Below, piece by piece: positions 26,108-34,176 of a stretch of DNA of 37,225 nucleotides. This stretch comes from a virus (lineage: Duplodnaviria > Caudoviricetes), in IMG/VR virus record IMGVR_UViG_3300007735_000690, positions 1-37,225 of that record, one strand, 5' to 3'. The notes beneath the pieces are model-generated. The model was not told the DNA's origin and did no database searches. It saw nothing but the letters and a program-made list of their open reading frames with translations. Made by a program: the position numbers and the translations under genes. Numbering within the stretch: position 1 is the stretch's first letter; every line of letters starts with the position of its first letter.

Positions 26108-26601
26108 TCTTCCTCGCGCATAAAGTTGACGCGCTGAAACTCAACGGCTTCGCGCTGGCGGCGTGAGTTCGCCATTGATGTAATAGGTCCACCAACCAAC
26201 CAGGCGTCACAGGTGCGTGCCGCTGCACATTTAAAGTGAAATAGTTCGCAGTAACCAAGATCGGCAGCGTCTTGCACCGCCATCTCTAAGTCTTCGCTCT
26301 CTTCGCTTTCGCCTTCTTCGTATGATTCGCCGCTTTCCTCTTCACCTTCTTCGCTTTCACCCTCCATACCACCTGTAATGCACTCAATCATTTCAGGCGT
26401 TTGGATGAAGGCTGCGCAGTTACCGCAACGCATCGACTTAGCTTGCGCCAGGTCCGTATTCCACGTTTCGGCTTTGGCGTCCCAAAATTCACGGTTAGGC
26501 AATTCAGGGTTAGCAGGGCCGTAACCCACATTGGCAAACGCCCAATTGCGATGCTTTAGATTCGCAACAGGGTCTTTGGTTTCAATAGGGCATTCCATCA
26601 C
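26104..26601 (-). CDS. Cys-rich putative metal-binding protein with acidic insert
   Basis: CGNCAAF...GYCELFHFKCAAARTCDAW; Glu/Ser-rich insert. Confidence 0.75.
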   Translation of the reverse strand: MMECPIETKDPVANLKHRNWAFANVGYGPANPELPNREFWDAKAETWNTDLAQAKSMRCGNCAAFIQTPEMIECITGGMEGESEEGEEESGESYEEGESEESEDLEMAVQDAADLGYCELFHFKCAAARTCDAWLVGGPITSMANSRRQREAVEFQRVNFMREED

Positions 26602-26759
26602 TTTTTCTTCGCTTTACCGGCTTCAGACAGCGCAATGGCTATGGCCTGCTTAGGGTTTGTCACTTCCGGTCCTTTCTTGCTACCGGAATGCAACTTGCCC
26701 GCCTTGTATTCGCGCATAACTTTGGAGATTTTCTTCTCGGCTTTGGTCTTTTTCATCAT
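26598..26759 (-). CDS. Small basic protein, 53 aa (DUF6496-like; not in the ORF track)
   Basis: MMKKTKAEKKISKVMREYKAGKLHSGSKKGPEVTNPKQAIAIALSEAGKAKKK; overlap-coupled on both sides. Confidence 0.8.
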   Translation of the reverse strand: MMKKTKAEKKISKVMREYKAGKLHSGSKKGPEVTNPKQAIAIALSEAGKAKKK

Positions 26760-27088
26760 GATGGCAGTATGTCCGTCATAGAAACACGCATAGTGTGGTT
26801 TTGCTCTGCAACGACAGCCACTTTATCGCCAGCCGAAACGGTAATGTAAACCACCGTATTAGCAGGAATGATCGGTGATAACTCGGATGCCGTTGGATTG
26901 CTTCCTACCTCAAAATGACAGTGATAACCGGCATTTGATCCGTTGGCAATCCGCATCAGCGTCACACCAGTGCCAGCGGCGTGCGATTGCTGGCTTACAT
27001 CGGATGTGGTGATGCTGGTGTTTGTGCCAAGCCTTCCGACAATCTCAGGCCACAAATGCCCGGCTGAATCTCGTACTTGCTTGCTCAT
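26756..27088 (-). CDS. Hypothetical beta-rich protein
   Basis: ATGA coupling on both sides. Confidence 0.7.
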   Translation of the reverse strand: MSKQVRDSAGHLWPEIVGRLGTNTSITTSDVSQQSHAAGTGVTLMRIANGSNAGYHCHFEVGSNPTASELSPIIPANTVVYITVSAGDKVAVVAEQNHTMRVSMTDILPS

Positions 27089-27249
27089 TTCTTGGACCTT
27101 GCAGCACGCATATTGTCAACAAGGTTTGGGTAGGGTCTTCCAGCGGATTTCGCCATGGCCTTAGCACTGGCTTTTTCCTTCTTGGATAACGGTTCGCTTT
27201 TGCCCAACGACTTCGGACGCGCTTTATCCCACACTGGCTTGGCTTTCAT
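27085..27249 (-). CDS. Small basic protein, 54 aa (not in the ORF track)
   Basis: MKAKPVWDKARPKSLGKSEPLSKKEKASAKAMAKSAGRPYPNLVDNMRAARSKK; AGGGG RBS; ATGA overlap downstream. Confidence 0.8.
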   Translation of the reverse strand: MKAKPVWDKARPKSLGKSEPLSKKEKASAKAMAKSAGRPYPNLVDNMRAARSKK

Positions 27250-27273
27250 GGCACTACCCCTATTTGGGGGCAG

Positions 27274-27303
27274 ACACTAGCACATTCGCGCATCAATGCG
27301 CAA
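27274..27303 (-). promoter_or_regulatory. Candidate promoter for the head operon
   Basis: TTGCGC, 18-nt spacer, TAGTGT with an extended -10 TG, in a rare intergenic gap. Confidence 0.3.
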
Positions 27304-28231
27304 GATTCATGCGCAACGCGTGGTAATCCTGAAGAAATCCGCTCATGCTGGCAAGTTTGTTAAACGCCATATCCGCTGACAAACGCGAGTGAAATAAACG
27401 CAACTGCGGCCTGCGCTCCATCTCAGCCCAGTAAGTTTGCAAAACCGTACGTCCCCAATCTTCAGCGGTTACGCGATTGATGTTGCCGCCAAGGTATTCG
27501 TAGCGCATGAACATTTCCCAATCCACAATCCCTAATGTGTGGCGCGGGTTGTCTTTATTGGAGTCTTGGTTTGCGTGCAAACGAAACGCCCCCAGGTGCG
27601 CCCCACCGCCTACCGCCGGCCCGTGGCGCGTGGCTTCCAGATACGAAGTCACGTCACCCAAATAATGCCTCGGTGCCAACTCGCCAAGTGGCGCGTAGGT
27701 CATGGTGAATGCGCACTTGGAGCGATCCATCATCACAAACGAAGGCTCGCCAATAAAGTTCTTGTGCATCGCCATAAGCCGCAAAATGTTCTCGCGTGAT
27801 GACTTCATCAGTTCATCTTGATCAATAAAACCTGGTGCGCGAAGAAAACGCCCGGCACCATCAATCCAATGGCGTTGATGCCAAAACATCACGGCGTCGC
27901 GGTGATGATCCGCCAAATCGACCAAGTAGGACGTTGAAGATGGGTAAATCACATCATCGTCATACACAAAGCGCACTAAGTCGGAATCTGCCTGATCCCA
28001 AAGATAAGCGTAATGCGACACTTGATCGCCAGGACAGATAAGGTGTGTGTCAATGACTTCAAAGTCATAGCGCTGCGCCATATCGTTAATCATGTGGTGG
28101 TCATTTTCATCAGGGCTGTGATTGCCAATGATGACTTTGATGCGCGGATAAGTTTGCGCGTCAATTGAGGCTAATGTGGTGTATAGGTGCTCAGGCTTAT
28201 ACGCCGGAACGAGAATGGTTACGGGTCTCAT
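27293..28231 (-). CDS. GT2-family glycosyltransferase
   Basis: VTILVPAYKPEHL, RFVYDDDVI, NFIGEPSFVM, AFRLHANQDS. Confidence 0.85.
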   Translation of the reverse strand: MRPVTILVPAYKPEHLYTTLASIDAQTYPRIKVIIGNHSPDENDHHMINDMAQRYDFEVIDTHLICPGDQVSHYAYLWDQADSDLVRFVYDDDVIYPSSTSYLVDLADHHRDAVMFWHQRHWIDGAGRFLRAPGFIDQDELMKSSRENILRLMAMHKNFIGEPSFVMMDRSKCAFTMTYAPLGELAPRHYLGDVTSYLEATRHGPAVGGGAHLGAFRLHANQDSNKDNPRHTLGIVDWEMFMRYEYLGGNINRVTAEDWGRTVLQTYWAEMERRPQLRLFHSRLSADMAFNKLASMSGFLQDYHALRMNLAH

Positions 28232-28697
28232 GATTTACTTTCAAAATAATTGACCACAAAAATCCGCCAAACACTTTGGCAACAAATTGCATCGCAATGA
28301 TGTGCGGCATAAGAACGCCAAAAGCAACAGTTGGAAACAATAATGAATCAACTAGAGCGCCAACCGCATTACTTGTATTTGCTCTCACTTGCCATGTTCC
28401 TTTAAGCCTCGCAAATACCGACCAATCAATCGTAGCGGCAGCAGTAAATGCAACAGCAGAGGCAAGCGCAATTTTTCCGGTTGCAGGGTTTAGAAGTAAT
28501 GTAAGCAATCCAGAAACAAGTATTAGGCAACCCATCTGCCAAATCTTGAGTCTTACATGCAACCAATCTCTAAGCGTTAAGTCAAGACCAATAAACAAAA
28601 AAGCATTGAGCGGGCTAATTGCTGGCCCAAATGCCGCTACCGAAAGATTAGCAAGCGTCATTGCGATGGCATAAATTGCAATAGCTATGTAAAGCAT
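28197..28697 (-). CDS. VUT-family (YhhQ-like, queuosine precursor) transporter
   Basis: About 5-6 TM helices; LANL, FIGLDLTLRD, IALASAVAF, DWSVF, SNAVGALVDSLLFPTVAFG, QFVAK; start taken at MLYIAIAI. Confidence 0.8.
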   Translation of the reverse strand: MLYIAIAIYAIAMTLANLSVAAFGPAISPLNAFLFIGLDLTLRDWLHVRLKIWQMGCLILVSGLLTLLLNPATGKIALASAVAFTAAATIDWSVFARLKGTWQVRANTSNAVGALVDSLLFPTVAFGVLMPHIIAMQFVAKVFGGFLWSIILKVNHETRNHSRSGV

Positions 28698-29368
28698 AAG
28701 TTCTCCTGTACGGGTCTGCGTTTCCAATGATTAGGTGGGTTTTCTGAGTCAATACGCTTTGCCATGCAATAAGCACATTCATTCATGCTTTTATGATTGA
28801 CAGCAACATTTGTTGAGTCTGCGCTTGATAAAGGCCAGCGTTCGAGCCCCTGCCCTAACATCCGCATTCCATGCGTCCAAGGTAGCCGACCAAATGTTTT
28901 TGCAAGCTGGTTGAATGTTTCATCCATCCTGCCCTGCCACTTTGCATCGCCGACATTCCAGTACTCACCAGATGATCCGAGGCAAACTCGACCCCAATCG
29001 TCAACAAGTTCGCAAAGGTAATCTAACGATAAACCTAGATGCCAGACCGGAATGCCTAAAGACTTTGGAAACGGCCAAGTTGCAATCATCTCACGCTGTT
29101 GACCTTCCGGCCCATCAATTACATCAGGAACCACCCCCCAATGCGGATGTCCAAGAATGGGGTCTAACCATTGATAAAACCCATCAGGATCAAATGGCAA
29201 ACCTCGTGTCTTTGCGCTAAACGCACCGTTATCCAACATGAGCGATTGACCAATTTTTAAGCAAACCTTCAAATCTCTTGGGTCAGCGTAAGAAATGCAA
29301 AAATGCTCTCCGGCCAAAGTCTCTAACACCGACCTGGGCGTTATTGGCGTTCCATGAAAATGAATCAA
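28685..29368 (-). CDS. TGT/DpdA-like (base-exchange transglycosylase-fold) protein
   Basis: LMLDNGAFS, VVPDVIDG, IPVWH, VCLGSSG, HGMRM, SSADST in TGT-barrel order; TTG start overlapping the upstream TGA; adjacent to VUT. Confidence 0.65.
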   Translation of the reverse strand: MIHFHGTPITPRSVLETLAGEHFCISYADPRDLKVCLKIGQSLMLDNGAFSAKTRGLPFDPDGFYQWLDPILGHPHWGVVPDVIDGPEGQQREMIATWPFPKSLGIPVWHLGLSLDYLCELVDDWGRVCLGSSGEYWNVGDAKWQGRMDETFNQLAKTFGRLPWTHGMRMLGQGLERWPLSSADSTNVAVNHKSMNECAYCMAKRIDSENPPNHWKRRPVQENLCFT

Positions 29369-29547
29369 CGTTTCCCCCAACGCTTACGCTCAAGCTCGGC
29401 AAGTTGTACCAGTTCACGCGTGCGGCGTTCGAGTTCGATCACCATTTCTTCAAGCACTTCCCATTGCAATTTTTCGTACTCGCCTCGTGGAAAGTTCTCA
29501 AGCAATCCATTGACCCAGGCTTTTCTCGCCATATCGTTCAGGTTCAT
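29365..29547 (-). CDS. Hypothetical protein
   Basis: Overlap-coupled chain. Confidence 0.65.
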   Translation of the reverse strand: MNLNDMARKAWVNGLLENFPRGEYEKLQWEVLEEMVIELERRTRELVQLAELERKRWGKR

Positions 29548-29738
29548 CCCTGTCCTTTCAATAGTTCCGCCGCATCGTCATAGCCGTTTTTCTCCAGCAA
29601 CTCAATGCAATGATTAAGGCGGTGTTCGCTTGCTGCAAATTCAATTTGCGCCGCAAAGATAAAAAGATTCTCTGCGTGCTGATCAAACCCTGTGTTTCTG
29701 GCAATGCCCATCACATCGCCAATGGTCAAATCTTTCAC
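29544..29738 (-). CDS. Hypothetical protein
   Basis: AAGGAGG RBS, GTGA overlap. Confidence 0.7.
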   Translation of the reverse strand: MKDLTIGDVMGIARNTGFDQHAENLFIFAAQIEFAASEHRLNHCIELLEKNGYDDAAELLKGQG

Positions 29739-29920
29739 GTCAATACCTCCTTAATGTGTTGAGGCACCCTTGGCAGTGGCGCCCAGGCAACCGCCCACTC
29801 GGACCAGGTACCAATGACGCACACACCTCCAGGATTAAGTAGCAATATCTTCACGCCTAGTGGCGGCGGGTCATCTTCGGGCGTGCGCCAGGTGGCCTGG
29901 CCGGCGAGGTAGTCTTTCAC
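29735..29920 (-). CDS. Hypothetical protein (WAPLP motif)
   Basis: GTGA overlap; PPLGVKILLL...AWAPLP. Confidence 0.7.
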   Translation of the reverse strand: MKDYLAGQATWRTPEDDPPPLGVKILLLNPGGVCVIGTWSEWAVAWAPLPRVPQHIKEVLT

Positions 29921-30234
29921 GCCGCCTTTATTCCAAACGGGTTATGCCATAGCACTGGTGCTTTAGGCTTACGCGGCTTAAAGGTCTTGTACTGCTCCTT
30001 AACCTCGAAGTAATTCACCATCACTTTCTTCCAAGGTATTTCAATGTCCTTTATCCCCTTGGACTTCACAATAAGATCATCTCCCGCCAACTCGGTCATG
30101 AGTTGATCAATCCTTTTGGTGGTCATATCAAACTTTTCCGCCAAATGCCAAGCATTCACAGGGTTCTTCAATCCCTTTAAGTAATCAAAAATCATCTTCT
30201 TGCTTTCTGATCTACGCATTTTTCGTTTTGCCAT
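29917..30234 (-). CDS. Putative winged-helix DNA-binding protein
   Basis: IFDYLK...AWHLAEKFDMTTKRIDQLMTELAGDDLI pattern; GAGGGG RBS before MAKRK. Confidence 0.55.
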   Translation of the reverse strand: MAKRKMRRSESKKMIFDYLKGLKNPVNAWHLAEKFDMTTKRIDQLMTELAGDDLIVKSKGIKDIEIPWKKVMVNYFEVKEQYKTFKPRKPKAPVLWHNPFGIKAA

Positions 30235-30249
30235 TTCTACCCCTCTCAA

Positions 30250-31674
30250 TTAAACAACCGCTCTTAAGTTCCTCTTAATCGGCTTACCCCACTGCGAGTT
30301 ATAAGCCTTACCGTACAACGCCGTTCCTGCATCGCTGGCAAAGGTCAACGCCAAAGCATCAGCCATATCAGGTGATCCAATCCCGCGTTTCCGCATCTCG
30401 TCCTTGCTCTCTAGCTTCATCTTCCCGTTGCTATTAAACGAATAACGCGGTGAGACAAGTTCCGCCAAAAGCGACTCATCTTTAGGAATCTTGCAGTCGC
30501 GCTTTTCCAACCACGCTTTCATCTTTCCCCATAACTCAGCACGCAAGTTCACATAAATCGTTCCCATGGCGGGAGACTCAGCCACGTTGATCCCACGCGC
30601 AGGAAGATTCAATTCGCGCAAGCGGTCCACAACACCGGCCCCTAAGCCAATCGAATCGACAAGGATTTCAACGGGCCTGTCTTCTGGCTTCATGGCCTCG
30701 TACTCGGCGACCACCGCGCCCGTGGTCTGCATCAAATCCAACCCACGCCACTTGCGTATCTCAGTCACCGCATTACCTTTACGCTTTGCCAACGCCGTGG
30801 CGTCCGTCCCAAATCGCGCTACATCCAAACCCCACACCGTTTGCGTATCCGTCGTTTCAACGTCACGGTGAAAAGCGCTGTCCACCAGCTCAACGCCAAT
30901 CAAGGTATCGTCATCGGTGCGCGGAAACTCACCCAACACGCGAACACGGAAAGCGTTGGACTCTTCGCCATACCTTGACGCCATATCCTTGATATAGGCG
31001 TCGCTAACCCTTTTAGAGTCATAGCAGGACACGCGACGTGTCCACCACTCATCCTTCAATCGGTTATGCGTGTCAAAGAAAAACCCGCTGGACTTCGTTG
31101 GGTTACCCAACAAAATCGTCACAGCGTTATGCCCCGACATGGAACCCGCTGCCGCCTCGAACACGGACTCAGGGATACCAGATGCTTCATCCGCCACAAG
31201 CATCACATGGTCCGAATGCACACCCTGCAATGCTTCAGGTTGCTCGGCACGCGATGTACGGGCGGAGATAAACGCTTCCGTTGGCGATGACTTCAACTCA
31301 ATCCGATCCGTTTTCGGATCAAGCAACTGCCGCCACACATCAGGCAATTCCTTTACCCAACGCTTCAACTCAGCAAACAGTGCGTCATACAACTGGCTTG
31401 TCGTTGGCGCAGTCACCACCACTTTCACCGGATAACGGCAAAGCACAAACCAAATCATTGCCCAGGACGCAGCAGTCGATTTACCCACACCGTGACCTGA
31501 CCTTACGCTGATCTTTCGCTCGCCATCCGAAATAGCTTGCAAAAACTCAATCTGCCAAATATCAGGCTCAACGCCAATCACTTCGCGCACAAACAACGGT
31601 GCGTTGTTCGCGTACCGATCCAAGGCACGCGCAAACAACTTCACCAACTCATGATTCTTTAACTCTTCATTCAC
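30250..31674 (-). CDS. terL: Terminase large subunit
   Basis: SGHGVGKS Walker A, MLVADEAS Walker B, LLGNPT, GLDVARFG and SPDMADAL nuclease motifs; GTG start inferred. Confidence 0.95.
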   Translation of the reverse strand: MNEELKNHELVKLFARALDRYANNAPLFVREVIGVEPDIWQIEFLQAISDGERKISVRSGHGVGKSTAASWAMIWFVLCRYPVKVVVTAPTTSQLYDALFAELKRWVKELPDVWRQLLDPKTDRIELKSSPTEAFISARTSRAEQPEALQGVHSDHVMLVADEASGIPESVFEAAAGSMSGHNAVTILLGNPTKSSGFFFDTHNRLKDEWWTRRVSCYDSKRVSDAYIKDMASRYGEESNAFRVRVLGEFPRTDDDTLIGVELVDSAFHRDVETTDTQTVWGLDVARFGTDATALAKRKGNAVTEIRKWRGLDLMQTTGAVVAEYEAMKPEDRPVEILVDSIGLGAGVVDRLRELNLPARGINVAESPAMGTIYVNLRAELWGKMKAWLEKRDCKIPKDESLLAELVSPRYSFNSNGKMKLESKDEMRKRGIGSPDMADALALTFASDAGTALYGKAYNSQWGKPIKRNLRAVV

Positions 31675-32323
31675 GTCCAAGCACCTTTGCAACGCCAGCG
31701 TGCGTAATCGTCACGCCATGCAATTTCATCACTTCACCGGCAATCTGACGCAGCGACATGGACCCCTTCAAAGCCTTAATCGTTGCAATGGCGGCTTGCT
31801 GCTCGGCAACAGGCTCAAGGGTCGCTGCCTTGCCAGCACCTACAACGCGAAACCCAAAAGGCGGCAACCCCCCAACGTGCCCTCCAGCCTGACGCTTTGC
31901 CGCCTGGCCTACGCGCTGGCGATCCTTAATCACTCGCCTTTCGTGCGTCGCAAATGCCGCCATGATCTCAAGCATCAACTGCCCATAAATATTCTTCTCA
32001 TCCGTTACATCGCCATGCCCATTGATGATCAATCGAATGCCGCGCTCCTTGAACGCATGAACGGTGTTCAACGTATCCATCGAGTTGCGGCTAAACCGAT
32101 CCAGTTTCGCCACAATGATCACATCACCAGGTTGTGGCGTCACACCGTTTGCCGCCAATCGATCAAGAAAATTCAAATGCCCCGAAACGCCAGCATCCTC
32201 AATAAACCGATCAACCGTCAAGCCATGCGTTAACGCGTTGCCGGTCACTTCCCTGCGTTGCGTGTCAAGGCTTGTGCCATTGGCTTGCTCGTCAGTCGAT
32301 ACGCGCAAATAACCGTAGTTCAT
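31667..32323 (-). CDS. Small serine recombinase (resolvase/invertase family)
   Basis: YGYLRVST catalytic Ser, EDAGVSG, VAKLDRFSRN, FATHERRVIKDR, C-terminal SLRQIA HTH. Confidence 0.92.
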   Translation of the reverse strand: MNYGYLRVSTDEQANGTSLDTQRREVTGNALTHGLTVDRFIEDAGVSGHLNFLDRLAANGVTPQPGDVIIVAKLDRFSRNSMDTLNTVHAFKERGIRLIINGHGDVTDEKNIYGQLMLEIMAAFATHERRVIKDRQRVGQAAKRQAGGHVGGLPPFGFRVVGAGKAATLEPVAEQQAAIATIKALKGSMSLRQIAGEVMKLHGVTITHAGVAKVLGRE

Positions 32324-32403
32324 AACGCCATCCAAATCATCGTTGCGTACAAAGCGCCGAACATTGCGCCGCCAATGATCAATGTTGCTGTTGTGGATTT
32401 CAT
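32320..32403 (-). CDS. 27-aa hydrophobic peptide (not in the ORF track)
   Basis: MKSTTATLIIGGAMFGALYATMIWMAL; AGGA RBS; ATGA overlap with the recombinase start. Confidence 0.65.
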   Translation of the reverse strand: MKSTTATLIIGGAMFGALYATMIWMAL

Positions 32404-32695
32404 CTCGTTTCCTGTGTTTGTGTCAGTGGTGTAAATGTACACCGCGTTTACAGTCATTGGGGACGTTTACGCAAAAATTTTTTTGGTAGCCGACGAACGG
32501 ATGAGCGGTAAGTGGGGGGGGTAGCTAGGCATGGCGCGTTATGCGAGGCAAGGCACGCGATGCCAGTTATGCGAAGCATGAGTGGGCGCGTGTGGAGTGC
32601 CGCGCCTACGCCGCCCCCTCGAAACGCTGAAGGGGGGGGTGTTGCGCGAACGCGACGTGGCGGAAATGAGACACGCGTTGCGTCAGCGCAACGAT

Positions 32696-33274
32696 TTACC
32701 CGTTGTGCGGCGCAACATCAATAGTGCTGTCATCGACGTTTACGGCGTTGACGGTTTCGCGGTATCGATTCGCCATCAGATGCGCGTCAGTGATGTTCAC
32801 CTGAACGTTCACCTGCGTCTTGTTCTCTCCATAGGCTTGCTGGTTCCACTTACCAGCGAGCCATTGCCGGTACCTCGCTCTGACGTTCGCCAGGTTCGCC
32901 GTAACCGCGTCAGCGCCATCGACAATCGCCAGCCCTTGCTCCGCCAAAACGTGTGCTGCCCTCGCGCGTGCACGCGCAAATTCTTCGCTGCGCTCTGGAG
33001 TCGTTTCCGCCCACGAATAAAACGCGCCCTCGCTTACGCCAAGAGCGCCTATTAACTCGGACACTTTCACGCCGCTCCCAATCTGTTCAAACAGTCCCTC
33101 TTCGCCGCCCGGAAACTTATGCACCGCACGATTCACGATCGACCTTAACTCTCTACGCTTCGCGTTGCTCAATCCCGCGCCACGCGCTTCGCGCACCGCG
33201 CCTTCTTCGCTTTCCGCCTCACCAGTACCGCTCAAACGCGTCAGATCGCCCTCAGTTCGATTTTCTGCTTCCAT
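32696..33274 (-). CDS. terS: Terminase small subunit
   Basis: N-terminal HTH (VSELIGALGVSEGAFYSW), FARARARAAHVLAEQ, RQWLAGKWNQQAYG; upstream of TerL. Confidence 0.75.
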   Translation of the reverse strand: MEAENRTEGDLTRLSGTGEAESEEGAVREARGAGLSNAKRRELRSIVNRAVHKFPGGEEGLFEQIGSGVKVSELIGALGVSEGAFYSWAETTPERSEEFARARARAAHVLAEQGLAIVDGADAVTANLANVRARYRQWLAGKWNQQAYGENKTQVNVQVNITDAHLMANRYRETVNAVNVDDSTIDVAPHNG

Positions 33275-33280
33275 GTTCAC

Positions 33281-33940
33281 TCACTTACCTTTCGCTTGTT
33301 CCATCGCCTCTAACGCGCTTTTGCTCAACGCGTAAGCCTGCTCACTGCTTCCCTTGTACACCGGACCAATATCTTCTTCCGCCATCAGCGTCAACACCTC
33401 AGCACCAGGCATTGCCCGTTTAATGCTCACGGCTTGCGTGAAAAATTCCTGCTGCAAGATTACCGCCACCTCGTCCATCGTCCAGCAGTCGCACTCAGGT
33501 CTCATTGCCGCGTAGGCGTGGACAGTTGCCGGATCAGCGCAAATCGCAAACACGCTCCCGTCATCCCGCTGACCCTCCATAACACTTACCGACAACGGTT
33601 GAGCGTTCATCGCTTTAGCTTCAGCCTCCAACACGTCATACGCCCGCATCATCCCGCCACAAGCCAACCTATACGCCTCAACGTCTCTCGCTTTCCTAGC
33701 ATCCCTACACCGCCATAGCTGCTTCCAAAACCTTAATCGCGTTTCCTCGCTCACGAGTTCCGCCAAACGATCCAATCCCCAAACCTTATCCGCCTCACGC
33801 TTCCTCTTCATCACACTGACCGCCACACTATTCATCGCCAACACGATCTGGTCATCCTCTTCAAAAGGATTCTTCAACCGATCCTCTGATCCGCCATACA
33901 AACCATCTCTAACTTTCCCGCGCTTATCTTTTGCCGCCAT
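33281..33940 (-). CDS. Hypothetical protein
   Basis: AAAGGA RBS before MAAKDK; WGLDRLAELVS motif. Confidence 0.7.
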   Translation of the reverse strand: MAAKDKRGKVRDGLYGGSEDRLKNPFEEDDQIVLAMNSVAVSVMKRKREADKVWGLDRLAELVSEETRLRFWKQLWRCRDARKARDVEAYRLACGGMMRAYDVLEAEAKAMNAQPLSVSVMEGQRDDGSVFAICADPATVHAYAAMRPECDCWTMDEVAVILQQEFFTQAVSIKRAMPGAEVLTLMAEEDIGPVYKGSSEQAYALSKSALEAMEQAKGK

Positions 33941-33981
33941 AACCCAAATCCTTTCTCTACAAATCACACATCAAACATCAA

Positions 33982-34170
33982 GCGTCCGAAACATTGAAGC
34001 GTCCGAATGTGTGTCTTTCAGACACACACACATTTCGGACGCGTTCACTTCTTGTTCTACAACGCTTTCGGACAACTTCGTACGCGTTTTCGGACGCTTA
34101 AAGGACAAAACATCAACTTTAGGACACCCTAATTCGGACGCCAAAACATCACTTTCGGACATTCGGACGC
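33982..34170. repeat. Iteron array with central palindrome; putative replication origin
   Basis: Six TTCGGAC copies in one orientation and two inverted copies (GTCCGAA), around TGTGTGTCT-TTC-AGACACACA; directly downstream of the primase-helicase. Confidence 0.75.
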
Positions 34171-34176
34171 TTAACA

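Noticed and set aside
31667-32323. IS607-type transposon
   Set aside because: There is no N-terminal MerR-like HTH and no tnpB partner. The catalytic domain is N-terminal, as in resolvases.
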